From: Desulfomonilia bacterium
GTDB taxonomy: Bacteria > Desulfobacterota > Desulfomonilia > UBA1062
Assembly: GCA_963664325.2 (NCBI GenBank)
Contig: CAXXDQ010000003.1
Location: 160,001 to 224,000, forward strand
Reading direction: 5' to 3'
DNA length: 64,000 nt
In this document: positions 48,954-58,804 of the stretch, in pieces
Numbering within the stretch: position 1 is the first letter of the stretch
How the letters are laid out: every line of letters begins with the position of its first letter
Made by a program: the position numbers and the translations under genes
The notes under the pieces: generated by a model
The model's input: only the letters and a program-made list of their open reading frames with translations
Told to the model about the DNA's origin: nothing
The model's database searches: none

Positions 48954-48984
48954 CAGGGTGAAGGTTTCCGGATCCTTCACCCTG
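48954..48984. terminator. Hairpin between convergent genes
   Basis: 11-bp perfect stem CAGGGTGAAGG/CCTTCACCCTG; no strong U-tract. Confidence 0.5.
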
Positions 48985-48988
48985 ATTC

Positions 48989-49549
48989 CTAGAACAAATA
49001 TTTCAAATAAAGCGAGGCGGATGTTCCGCCGAAGTCGACATTTTGATCCCAGTCATTGGACTTGAGTTTTGCCTGGGAATATTTTCCCTCGACGCCCAGG
49101 GCCAGGCTATCGATGATCCTGTATCCGGCCCCTAATATCGCATGCCAGCCGATACCTGTGCCGCTGGTCTTCATACTGCTGTAATCCAGTTTGCCCCAGT
49201 AATATCCGGCTCCTCCCCCTATGTAAATTTCCATCTTGTCCACAGGGTGGATCTTGCCTTTGATTGTTGCAAAGGCCCCGTAACAGGTCGCCGTGTAGTC
49301 GGATATATCTTTATATTTAGTGTCATAATATGTTCCGCCGAGTTCTGCAGAGAAGTTTCTGCCGAAGTTTCTGCCGTAATCGACTTCGTAAACCAGGGCC
49401 TGTTTGAAATCCTTCAGTCCGTTTGATGATGAATTGGGCCAGAACCAGCCGGCCTTGAGATTGATATAATCGTCAGGTTCCGCGGCAATGACCAGTCCCG
49501 GTATTGACAGAATTATTGCCATTGATATGACGGTGAGCAGCTTTCTCAT
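48989..49549 (-). CDS. Outer-membrane beta-barrel protein (OmpA/OmpW-like)
   Basis: Signal peptide, amphipathic strands, YIGGGAGY and a C-terminal Y-x-F. Confidence 0.85.
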   Translation of the reverse strand: MRKLLTVISMAIILSIPGLVIAAEPDDYINLKAGWFWPNSSSNGLKDFKQALVYEVDYGRNFGRNFSAELGGTYYDTKYKDISDYTATCYGAFATIKGKIHPVDKMEIYIGGGAGYYWGKLDYSSMKTSGTGIGWHAILGAGYRIIDSLALGVEGKYSQAKLKSNDWDQNVDFGGTSASLYLKYLF

Positions 49550-49812
49550 GCATCCCTCTCATTTAATGTTTTGAACAAAGTATAAATGTTTTAGCCTCAC
49601 GGTCAAGAACAGTTTGTTTTCTTGTATCGGACTTAAAGAAAATCCCGGAGGTTTTCGATAAAATTAATGGTAATTTAAAGAACATTTGGGTTGAGAAGGA
49701 AGCTGAAAAGGAGTAATCAGCATATCAAACATTATTGGATTCATGCGGCTTTAGTTGGTAACTGCTCCTGTTTTCAGGCTTCATCCAAAGATAGATCGGA
49801 CGAGGAGGATAA

Positions 49813-50385
49813 ATGGAAATGATAATAAAGGGTATGCGAGGTTTTGTCATGGCGGTAATACTGACGACCCTTATGCTTCTTGCCGGTACCAGTTCATATT
49901 CTGCCGATCTCCAGGCTCCATCCGGCGATTTAAGTTTGCCGAAACCGAACAATTCATTGCCTGACGGTACTGATGTTCCTCAAGATAACGCGATTACGAG
50001 CATAAAGAAGGCCCTTCCCCCTGTTCCCTACGCGAATGAAGGATATGCCGTTTTATTCCCCACATATTTAGGCATGATGGTAGGCGGATTAGTGGGCCTG
50101 CCTCTGGGAATGGCGTTTGTATTGCCGGCAGGTATCGTGGGATACGGCGTTTTCCCGATCATCCTGTATGAAACCGGGAAAGACCCCGAGAAAGACAACC
50201 CCGTACCGATAGGTGACGACCTGGCGGTAATGAGCAGCAAGCCGGTCGTGTGGCTTGCATACGGTACGGGCTATATTGTCGGCTTCCCGTTTCTCGCAGT
50301 GAAAAAGATCGTTTATGACCTTCCCAAAAGCCTGTTCTATGATCCGTTCCATAAAGATAAGCAGGCCGCTCAGGTAAAAGAATAA
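49813..50385 (+). CDS. Hypothetical exported/membrane protein
   Basis: GAGGAGG RBS, signal peptide and two further hydrophobic stretches. Confidence 0.65.
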   Translation: MEMIIKGMRGFVMAVILTTLMLLAGTSSYSADLQAPSGDLSLPKPNNSLPDGTDVPQDNAITSIKKALPPVPYANEGYAVLFPTYLGMMVGGLVGLPLGMAFVLPAGIVGYGVFPIILYETGKDPEKDNPVPIGDDLAVMSSKPVVWLAYGTGYIVGFPFLAVKKIVYDLPKSLFYDPFHKDKQAAQVKE

Positions 50386-50414
50386 GATAATGGCGCTGTA
50401 TTGCAGGGCTGATC

Positions 50415-51464
50415 ATGAAGCTTGAACAATCTGATTTCGGACAGCTGAGTGACGGCAGCAAGGTAGGCCTCTGGCGTCTGCAGGCCGGTGATATCGAGGT
50501 CAGGCTGACCAATTTCGGAGCGGCGATAGTATCAATGATTTGCCCGGACACATCCGGGAATATGGCTGATATAGTGCTCGGCTATGACACCGTCAATGAA
50601 TACGAGAACGATAAGATATATGCCGGCAGCACCATTGGCAGAGTGGCCAACAGGATCGATAAGGGCAGATTCACCCTTGACGGCAATGTCTACGAACTTC
50701 CCAGAAACTCCGGAGAGGTTCACCTGCATGGCGGGATAAACGGTTTCAACAAGGCTTTGTGGCAGGCGCAGGAGCTTGAAGTGGAAAACGGTCTCGGCCT
50801 TGAAATGAAATACCTGAGCCTTGACAATGAAGAAGGCTATCCCGGCAACCTCCAGGTCAAAGTGGTTTTTTCCCTGAAAAACGATAATTCCCTGAGAATC
50901 GATTATTATGCGCAGACCGACAAAAAGACGATTGTCAACCTTACAAACCATTCATATTTCAATCTTGCGGGTTCGGGCGACATCCTTGACCATGAGCTGT
51001 GGCTCAATTCGGAATACTTCCTTCCCATGAACAAGAATTTCGTTCCTATCGGCGCCGAGCTTTCGGTGAAAAATACGCCGATGGACTTTCATAAACAGAC
51101 AAGGATCGGGAACAGGATAAACGACAACTACCAGCAGATAAAGCTTGCCGGGGGATATGACCACAACTATGTCATCTCGGGCAACGGGGGAGAAATGAGG
51201 AAGGCGGCCATAGTACATGAGCCGCAATCCGGCAGGGTCCTTGAGGTATTTACCACGCAACCGGGAATACAGTTCTACTCGGGCAACTTTCTTGACGGGA
51301 GCGTTACCGGAAAATCCGGGAAGGTTTATCAGAAAAGAAACGGCCTCTGCCTGGAGACGCAGCATTATCCGGATTCTCCGAATCATAAAGATTTTCCGTC
51401 AATCGAACTCAGCCCCGGCGATACTTACAGGCAGGCGACAATCTTCAGGGTTACTGCAGAATAA
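50415..51464 (+). CDS. galM: Aldose 1-epimerase
   Basis: GRVANRI, HLHGG, NLTNHSYFNL, GYDHN and CLETQHYPDSPN motifs. Confidence 0.95.
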   Translation: MKLEQSDFGQLSDGSKVGLWRLQAGDIEVRLTNFGAAIVSMICPDTSGNMADIVLGYDTVNEYENDKIYAGSTIGRVANRIDKGRFTLDGNVYELPRNSGEVHLHGGINGFNKALWQAQELEVENGLGLEMKYLSLDNEEGYPGNLQVKVVFSLKNDNSLRIDYYAQTDKKTIVNLTNHSYFNLAGSGDILDHELWLNSEYFLPMNKNFVPIGAELSVKNTPMDFHKQTRIGNRINDNYQQIKLAGGYDHNYVISGNGGEMRKAAIVHEPQSGRVLEVFTTQPGIQFYSGNFLDGSVTGKSGKVYQKRNGLCLETQHYPDSPNHKDFPSIELSPGDTYRQATIFRVTAE

Positions 51465-51569
51465 TAAAATATTTTCCGCATTATATGCGGAGATCGATTT
51501 TTTTAAGGGGAGGGTATCATGAAAAGGGCGCTGAGGAGGCCTTTTACAAAAGACTAGCAGGGAGGAGAA

Positions 51570-52200
51570 ATGGAGCTTTTAAAGAAACTGTCCGAGTCAG
51601 TATGCAGCGGCGATATGGAGTCAGCTCTTAAGCTTACAGATCAGGCGCTGGCCGGAGGCGTTGGCGTATCCGACATACTGGAGCTGGGTCTGATCACCGC
51701 GATGTCAAAAGTGGGCGAAGACTTCAAGAACGGGGAAATTTTCGTGCCCGAGATGCTCATTGCGGCACGGGCCATGAACAAAGCCCTTGAAAGGCTGGAG
51801 CCTGAAATGGTCCGCGGGAACATCGAATCAAAGGGCACGTTTATCATCGGTGCCGTCAAGGGCGACCTGCATGACATAGGCAAAAACCTGGTGGGAATAA
51901 TGTTCAAGGGTGCCGGGTTCAGGGTCATTGACCTGGGCACCGATGTGAGCCTGGAAAAATTCATAAAGGCCGCGAAAGAATATAACCCCCGATATAATCG
52001 GCATCTCTTCACTCCTGACAACTACAATGCCCTACATGCAGACCATCATTGAAGGGTTGCGCGCCGAAGGCGTGGGCGCAAAAATTATTGTGGGCGGGGC
52101 GCCCCTCAACAGGGAATTCGCACTCAGCATCAATGCCGACGGTTACGCTGAAAATGCCGCGGAAGCGGCCGATCTCGGCAAAAGTCTGATGGGAATATGA
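51570..52200 (+). pseudogene. Methyltransferase corrinoid protein split by a +1 frameshift in a C5 run
   Basis: GDLHDIGKNLV; removing one C at 51986-51990 restores PDIIGISSLLTTTM...VGGAP...ADGYAENA to TGA 52198-52200 (209 aa). Confidence 0.88.
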
Positions 52201-52204
52201 AGAT

Positions 52205-53293
52205 ATGATGGAGCTCTCCGATGTAATGCCCATCGAGCATATCGACGACTGGGAAATGCGCATCAGAAGGCAGGATGCAGCTTTCAGATTCGAAATACTT
52301 GACAGGCCGATGGTTGATTTGTCGTTTTTTGAATATAACCCGGACTATCCTTTTCCGACCAAACAGCACGACTCATTCGAACAATGGTGGCTGGATATCG
52401 ATTATCAGGTTGAACTCTGGCTGGCCCTGACCATGGGCACATGCTGCATGGGAGACGCTCTGCCCAAGTTCATACCAAACCTGGGGCCTGATTTCTTTGC
52501 CGCATGCTACGGCGGGAAGATGGTTTTTGAGCAGACCACATCGTTTATAGAACCGTTTCTGGAAAACTGGGAAGACGCGGACAGACTGGAGTTTGACTGG
52601 AAGAACCCCTATTTTCTGAAAATGGAAGAATTATATCAAGCCACACTTGAAGTCGGCAAAAACAGGTTCTATATTGCCTGGCCCGACATACACGCCGGCG
52701 GTGACTGCCTGGCGGGGTTCAGGGGGCCTGCGAACCTGGCCATGGACCTTTACGACAACCGTGAACAGATCAAGATATTGCTTAGGAAAGTAACAAAGGA
52801 TTTTTTCAAGCTCTACGACCACTACTATGACAAACTCACAAAGGCCCATCAGCCATGCACCGGCTGGCCGGGTCCGGTTTCAACTTACAGATGGCATGTT
52901 CCGTCAAACGACTTTTCTTACATGATCTCGCCCAGGGACTTTGACGAGATTTTCCTCGAGGGCTTAAGGGAAGAGAACCGCTACATGGAGGCTAACATCC
53001 ACCACCTGGACGGCCCCGGCTGCCTGAGGCACCTGGACAGCCTGCTGACCATCAGGGAATTGAATATGATCCAGTGGGTTTACGGAGCAGGCCGCGGCAG
53101 GGCCGGCGATTATATCGAGCTCTATAAAAAGATACAGGCCTCAGGAAAAGGCCTCCAGTTCCAGGATGTGGAGGTTGACGAAGTGGATAAACTGATAAGC
53201 GAGCTCAGACCCGAGGGCGTCTGGATGCACGTGAATGTTGCGGACAGGGAACAGGCCGAAGCCGTGCTGAGAAAGGTTGAAAAGTGGAAGTAG
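52205..53293 (+). CDS. Uroporphyrinogen decarboxylase / MtaA-like methyltransferase superfamily protein
   Basis: PNLGP, D...FRG...LAMDLYD, DFSYMISP, HHLDGPG and IQWVYGAG motifs; directly follows the corrinoid gene. Confidence 0.78.
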   Translation: MMELSDVMPIEHIDDWEMRIRRQDAAFRFEILDRPMVDLSFFEYNPDYPFPTKQHDSFEQWWLDIDYQVELWLALTMGTCCMGDALPKFIPNLGPDFFAACYGGKMVFEQTTSFIEPFLENWEDADRLEFDWKNPYFLKMEELYQATLEVGKNRFYIAWPDIHAGGDCLAGFRGPANLAMDLYDNREQIKILLRKVTKDFFKLYDHYYDKLTKAHQPCTGWPGPVSTYRWHVPSNDFSYMISPRDFDEIFLEGLREENRYMEANIHHLDGPGCLRHLDSLLTIRELNMIQWVYGAGRGRAGDYIELYKKIQASGKGLQFQDVEVDEVDKLISELRPEGVWMHVNVADREQAEAVLRKVEKWK

Positions 53294-53619
53294 AATATAA
53301 TCAGTAAAACCATTCGCGAGCCTACGCCGTACCTGGTTAGATGTTAATGTGCGGCTTGGGATGACAGGCCCTTCGCCAATTTATAATTTCTTATGGAATT
53401 CGCTATGGGATATGGTTCGCAGATACCCTGAGATTTCAACAAGATATTTTCAGGATAGGTGGAACAAAGCAGACCCCATTAATTCAGCCAGATGATTTCC
53501 TTAATGAACTTATTAAAAGTGACAGAATCAAATATATTGAGATGGATTATGTAGACTTCACTAATCATAATCGCTGGTTGCTGTAATGTGGGGTCTCGAA
53601 CCTTAATCTTGCATAGGCC

Positions 53620-53647
53620 TTGACTTGCCGGGAAAGCGGCTTATAAT
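53620..53647 (+). promoter_or_regulatory. Near-consensus sigma70 promoter
   Basis: TTGACT-16 nt-TATAAT, about 195 nt upstream of the lipoprotein start. Confidence 0.6.
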
Positions 53648-53843
53648 TCAAGCATTGTTAAATGTAATCTGGTCCGGCATCGGCCGATTATCCGGAGGAG
53701 GGTGCTGTTAATAAATCAAAATCATTTCATCGCTGATTTCTCCTCTCATACTGTCTGGATAAGCCGGATGGGCATTGGGATATTGATATCGTCATCTGCC
53801 GGTCAGCCGACCGGCCGGTGCTTAATACATAAGGAGGTACAGG

Positions 53844-55568
53844 GTGAATAGAATTTTAGGATTGACCGTATTGATCGTCATAATGGCATGTGTATCGGGG
53901 TGCATCATCTCCGCCTCTCCCGATCCGCATGATACCATCGTCATGCAGTTGAACGAATACCAGTATTTCACTGTTTCCAATGTGCCGGTGCCGGGTGCAA
54001 ACATGAGCGAGGCCACCTGGGAGGCCGATCGCGACCCGGGATGGTTCGAGTCCCAGCTCAATGGACCGACCACTTTCAGTCTGAGCATGATGCCGCAGAG
54101 CGCAGGACGTTTTTCGATATCTTGCCATGTCGTGGATTTTCTCGGGTCGCCCACCGGGCCCGGCATCCATATGATAGACCTGTGGTCAGGCTCGCGAACC
54201 TGGACGGTTATCGTCCAGGGCGTTGAAATCACGCCTAAGACCTGTCTTGCACAGACAAGCGGGATCACCCAGACGTATACCGCCCTTGTGTATCCTGAAG
54301 GCGCCTACGCGTTTGCCTGGTACCTGGACGGGCAGCTGGTGTGCACGCAGCAGGTTTTCAATTTTACACCTGCGCCGGACCAGGTCGGCCACCATGTCCT
54401 CGTAGTCACGGCTCAGCTGGGAAACACCGTCTATACCTCCACCAAGGACATATATGTGCCGCTTGCAAGGGTGGGGGGCAATGCCTGGGATTATGCCTAT
54501 AACATCGCCCCCACCGCGGATGGCGGGTTCATCCTCGCCGGATCATCAGAGTCGGATGATATCCCTGCCCTTCCCGGCATCGGGGAGAAGAACGATTACC
54601 TTGTCAAGTTTGACAGCGCCGAGATGGTATGGCAGGAAATCCTGGGAAAACCGAACGCGAAGTTGGAATTGACGCATATCACCCAGACCCCTGATGGCGG
54701 ATATATCGCGTCCGAATACCTGGATTATGGAGAAGGTCACATCCTCCGGTTAAATGAAGCGGGAGACCTTGTCTGGCGCAGTGAATACGGACAAGCCCCA
54801 CTGGAAGATTCTTTTGCAGCCGACCTGCAGGGTACTGCGGACGGTGGCGCCATCATGATCGAATATGATACCAACGTGCTGGCCAAGCTCGACGCACAGG
54901 GCATTGTGCAGTGGCTGAAAGAGCTTTCAATCGGCACGGCAACCATCAATGCCGCGGCCCAGACCGCGGACGGCGGGTATCTGGTCGTCGGACTGGTCCA
55001 GCAGGATGCTATCCCGGGTCTCTCAGTCCAAGGCTCGGGGGATGGTCTGATCATAAGGCTTGATGCTGCAGGCGAACCGCTCTGGTACCAGCGTTGCGGC
55101 GGTAGCGGATGGGATAATGCTTCCGGTGTCAGGCTTACATCCGATGGCGGGTTCATCGTATGGGGAATGACAAGCTCGGAAGATATTCCCTCGGGAGCGG
55201 TTCCGGGATTTGACAGATATGGCCAGAATCAATATCTCTGCAAATGCGATGAGCTGGGAAACATACAGTGGCAGAAACGGTATGGCTACTATTTTATCAG
55301 TAATGTCCAGACTCGCTCGGACGGAGGCTATCTCCTGATCGGTGATGACCATTCCCCGGTAACCGATGCCCTTGAAGGTTTGATCATCAGGCTCGATCAG
55401 AACGGGAACGAGCAGAACCGGTACATGATTGGCGACGGGAAAAGTCACGTTTCCTATTCCGTGTTGCCCGGGGGGATGCTCAGGACCGCTGCGGGAGGAT
55501 TTCTCGTAGCCGTAAATCTCGCCGACGATATCTTTCTGCTGCCGTTTGACTCCGAAGGTAAGCCGTGA
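53844..55568 (+). CDS. Lipoprotein with Ig-like N-terminus and beta-propeller repeats
   Basis: TAAGGAGG RBS, lipobox VSGC, repeated TxDGG(F/Y)...LD--G---W units. Confidence 0.8.
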   Translation: MNRILGLTVLIVIMACVSGCIISASPDPHDTIVMQLNEYQYFTVSNVPVPGANMSEATWEADRDPGWFESQLNGPTTFSLSMMPQSAGRFSISCHVVDFLGSPTGPGIHMIDLWSGSRTWTVIVQGVEITPKTCLAQTSGITQTYTALVYPEGAYAFAWYLDGQLVCTQQVFNFTPAPDQVGHHVLVVTAQLGNTVYTSTKDIYVPLARVGGNAWDYAYNIAPTADGGFILAGSSESDDIPALPGIGEKNDYLVKFDSAEMVWQEILGKPNAKLELTHITQTPDGGYIASEYLDYGEGHILRLNEAGDLVWRSEYGQAPLEDSFAADLQGTADGGAIMIEYDTNVLAKLDAQGIVQWLKELSIGTATINAAAQTADGGYLVVGLVQQDAIPGLSVQGSGDGLIIRLDAAGEPLWYQRCGGSGWDNASGVRLTSDGGFIVWGMTSSEDIPSGAVPGFDRYGQNQYLCKCDELGNIQWQKRYGYYFISNVQTRSDGGYLLIGDDHSPVTDALEGLIIRLDQNGNEQNRYMIGDGKSHVSYSVLPGGMLRTAAGGFLVAVNLADDIFLLPFDSEGKP

Positions 55569-55599
55569 TGGGTTGGCGGGCCGCTGGAAAATAGGCTGT

Positions 55600-55635
55600 A
55601 AAGGGCCGGGACACAGGGTCCTGGCCCTTTTGTTT
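55600..55635 (+). terminator. Rho-independent terminator
   Basis: AAAGGGCCGGGAC-ACAGG-GTCCTGGCCCTTT followed by TGTTT. Confidence 0.78.
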
Positions 55636-55912
55636 GTCTGTAGATAATGAATCCTGTAAGGTTTTCACATCTCATGCAAAGCGGTGAATTATCTTGAAGC
55701 CGCAAAATTACTGTACTGAAACTTGATTTTTAAAATATCGGTTCTCAATTTGTCATATAGATGAGCACGACAGGGATGTCTCCGATAATGAAAAAAAATA
55801 TCAGGAGATCATGGCCGAACTCGATGCGCGAAGAAGCATGGCTGCCTGACAGGCTGCCGGTGAATCTACGGCCTGCAGCAAAGGCTGTTTTATATCGTCA
55901 GCCGCAGATGCC

Positions 55913-56884
55913 CTAGGCTTCGATCTCGAAACCGGCATCCTCGATCATGCGCAATGCCTCGTCCTGCGGCTGGCCGCCCTCGGTGAGATAGCCGTTTACG
56001 AATATCGAATTCACGATGAAAAGGGCCAGAGGCTGCAGGCTCTTCAGGTGGACCTCTCTTCCTCCGGCAACGCGTATGTCCGCTGCGGGATTGAGAAGTC
56101 TGGCCAACGCCAGCACTCTGAGGCAGCGCATGGGTGTAAGCCCGGTCTCCAGTGTTTCGAACGGGGTTCCCTTGACCGGGATGAGGAAATTAATCGGTAC
56201 GGATTCCGGCTTTATCTTTGAGAGCGTCATGAGCATGTCCACGATGTCCTCGTCCGTCTCGCCCTGGCCTATGATGCCGCCCGAGCAGAGTTCGAGCCCT
56301 GCGTTGCGGCATGTCTCAAGGTTGCGGACACGTTCGGCCCATGTGTGCGTGGTGCATATGTTGGGGTAGTGGCGTTCGCTGGTGTTGAGATTGTGGTTGA
56401 TGCGGTCGAGCCCTGAAGTGCTAAGCCTTAGCGCCTGATCCGGCGTGAGAAACCCAAGCGAGCAGCAGATGGGAATCCCGGCCTTTTCCTTGATGGCCCT
56501 GACTGCGCTGCACAGTGCGTCTACTTCCGCATCGCTCAAGGTAATTCCGCTCAGCCCGATACAGAAGCGGTGCGCATTAAGCCTCTTTGCATTGGCGGCT
56601 TCGGTTATGAGCGTTTCCGTTGCCTTTAGTCCGTGGCGCGCGATCTCGGCACCCGAGACACAGGATTGCGAGCAGTAATGGCAGTCTTCGGTGCATATGC
56701 CGCTCTTGGCATTGCTGAGCACCTGAACCTGAACGCGCCTTCCGAAAAAATGCCTGCGCACCTGCCATGCCGCATTAAAGAGGCTGAGCGAATCATCGCC
56801 GGAAGCGGCAAGAATGGTGAGCGCCGTTTTTCTTGACAGCACCTTGCCTGATATTACGGATTTCGCCAAACCGGAATAATTCAT
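55913..56884 (-). CDS. bioB: Biotin synthase
   Basis: NAKSG-CTEDCHYCSQS, RFC, CCSLG, NHNLNTS, CSGGIIG, SVPINFL and IRVAGGR motifs; probable start 56884. Confidence 0.95.
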   Translation of the reverse strand: MNYSGLAKSVISGKVLSRKTALTILAASGDDSLSLFNAAWQVRRHFFGRRVQVQVLSNAKSGICTEDCHYCSQSCVSGAEIARHGLKATETLITEAANAKRLNAHRFCIGLSGITLSDAEVDALCSAVRAIKEKAGIPICCSLGFLTPDQALRLSTSGLDRINHNLNTSERHYPNICTTHTWAERVRNLETCRNAGLELCSGGIIGQGETDEDIVDMLMTLSKIKPESVPINFLIPVKGTPFETLETGLTPMRCLRVLALARLLNPAADIRVAGGREVHLKSLQPLALFIVNSIFVNGYLTEGGQPQDEALRMIEDAGFEIEA

Positions 56885-57037
56885 TTTATGACGTGTATGT
56901 TTTTTCCCGTCTGCGGGCAAGGAATTTATCAGGCCGGAACAGTTATGCCTGTCAGTCGTTTATCATAAGGCCTCATGTGTCACCTTGAAATGAAACAAAA
57001 TGGTTAATTTGTCATGGATCAAAGCCAGGCATCGTAT

Positions 57038-58804
57038 CTATTTTTCTTTCCATAACATATCCCTCAATCCGCTGGAGCTGGAAGCTGACCATGATGATGC
57101 CGTTTCGATGATGCCGGGGTTTGCCCAGACTGTAAGGCTTTTCCTGGCGCGGGTGATCCCGGTGTAAACAAGCTCTTTCGTGAGCACCTCGGAATCCTTT
57201 TCGGGCAGGATAAGAAGGACATTATCGAATTCCGAACCCTGGGACTTGTGGACCGTCATGGCGAAGACGGGCTCGTTTTCCGGAAGCCTCGCTACCGGGA
57301 TACTTCTAAGCCGGTTCCCTCCCTCCTGCGCCTGCTCGAACCAGGCTTCGAGCACGCCGTCCGGCCTCCTGGCGACTATGCCGACATCACCGTTAAACAG
57401 CCTCAGCGTATAGTCGTTCTTCGTTATCATGACCGGCATCATGTCGTAATATCTGCCGCGGGGCGAGATGAGTCCGGCCGATGCCAGTATGCCCTCGACC
57501 GCAGCGGTTATGCCCGATACGCCGTAGGGGCCTTCCCTCAGGCCGCACAGTATCCTGAACGAGTTGAAGAGCGTGAGTTTATCGCTGATTGAACCTGCCT
57601 TTATGTAAGGCGAAAAGCGCTCTATAACGGTCTCTGCCAGCGCCCGCCTTATCCCGGATTTTTCCGGCGCAGGCCTGATGATAACGCCGCTGTCCTGCCC
57701 CGGCATTTTGGAAGCGAAGCTGCCGTCCCTCACACATGCGCTCAAAAGGCCAATCCCTGAAGAAGAAGAGAAGCGGTAGTTCTTCCTGAGTTCTACTATC
57801 GAATCCTGGAAGGAGCTTTCACCGTGAGGAAGCCTGAAGCCGGTAATGCCTTCCACGAGTCCGCAGAATTTATTTGAATATTCATGCGCGTCCCCGCTGT
57901 CGCATATGTCGCCCAGCACGAAGCCTTCTTCGACCGAGGACAGCTGGTCTTTGTCGCCTAAAAGTATCAGGCGCGCACCTTCCTTCATGGCCGAGGCAAG
58001 CCTCGACATGAGCGGCAGCGACACCATCGAGGCCTCGTCAATGACTATCACGTCTGCGGAAAGGGGCCTCTTTTCGTTGTAAACCGTCCTCGCCGGGTCG
58101 CCGCCAAGGCCGATGAGACGGTGTATGGTCAGGGCTTCCGAAGGGATGGCTTTTTTTATCCTGTCCTCGCAGTCAAGCGCGCCGAGCGCGTTCGCCACCG
58201 CCTCGCCCAGCCTTTTAGCGGCCTTTCCCGTGGGTGCGGCAAGTACGATTTCAAGGGTCGGGTCCTGTTCGAGGATGAGGCAGAGTATCCTCGCCACGGT
58301 CGTGGTCTTGCCCGTTCCCGGCCCGCCCGTGATTACGGAAAAGCCTCTTGTGGCCGCGGTGATTGAGGCGACCTTCTGCCAGTCGATCCTGCCTTCATTT
58401 CCGGGGAAGAGCCTGTCAAGACCTTCTCTGAGCCTGCCCGTTTCAAAACTTACAGGCTGTGATGCAAGCGTTAGGATCTTTACGGCAAGCCTCAGTTCAT
58501 ACAGGAAATATCTCATCAGGTAGAGTCTGCCCGCGTTATCGAGAACGAGAGGGGCGATATCATCACCCCGGCTAACGACACCTGAAGCCAGAAGCTCGTT
58601 TTCCCAGATTGCTGCATCGGGTATGACACCGATGCCTTCGATTTCTCTGCCCGCGTATCCGGCAAGGTCTGCGCAGATGTTACGCTCACTCAAGGCCCTG
58701 GCTGCGAGCGCTGCTGCGGCCGCAGCCGAGTGGCTGCCCGAAAGTCTTTCGATGAGCCCGGCGAGGTGAAGGTCTATCTGGGCGAACGTTTCGTCAGGCG
58801 TCAT
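57038..58804 (-). CDS. recD: Exodeoxyribonuclease V alpha subunit
   Basis: ITGGPGTGKTT, APTGKAA, DEASMV, LGDKDQL, AMTVHKSQGSE and YTGITRA motifs; probable start 58804. Confidence 0.95.
   Translation of the reverse strand: MTPDETFAQIDLHLAGLIERLSGSHSAAAAAALAARALSERNICADLAGYAGREIEGIGVIPDAAIWENELLASGVVSRGDDIAPLVLDNAGRLYLMRYFLYELRLAVKILTLASQPVSFETGRLREGLDRLFPGNEGRIDWQKVASITAATRGFSVITGGPGTGKTTTVARILCLILEQDPTLEIVLAAPTGKAAKRLGEAVANALGALDCEDRIKKAIPSEALTIHRLIGLGGDPARTVYNEKRPLSADVIVIDEASMVSLPLMSRLASAMKEGARLILLGDKDQLSSVEEGFVLGDICDSGDAHEYSNKFCGLVEGITGFRLPHGESSFQDSIVELRKNYRFSSSSGIGLLSACVRDGSFASKMPGQDSGVIIRPAPEKSGIRRALAETVIERFSPYIKAGSISDKLTLFNSFRILCGLREGPYGVSGITAAVEGILASAGLISPRGRYYDMMPVMITKNDYTLRLFNGDVGIVARRPDGVLEAWFEQAQEGGNRLRSIPVARLPENEPVFAMTVHKSQGSEFDNVLLILPEKDSEVLTKELVYTGITRARKSLTVWANPGIIETASSWSASSSSGLRDMLWKEK

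Noticed and set aside
47360-48960. Integron cassettes: GTCAGGC shortly before both the GNAT and methyltransferase genes
   Set aside because: The core is GTC, not the conserved GTT; no matching RYYYAAC left ends or integrase are visible. At most a degenerate remnant; IntegronFinder would decide.
53390-53586. AT-rich stretch with short open frames, possibly a gene remnant
   Set aside because: No recognisable motif, start or RBS.
53585-53606. GGTTCGAGACCCC on the minus strand as a tRNA T-arm or att site
   Set aside because: The T-stem does not pair fully, and there is no cloverleaf or duplicate.
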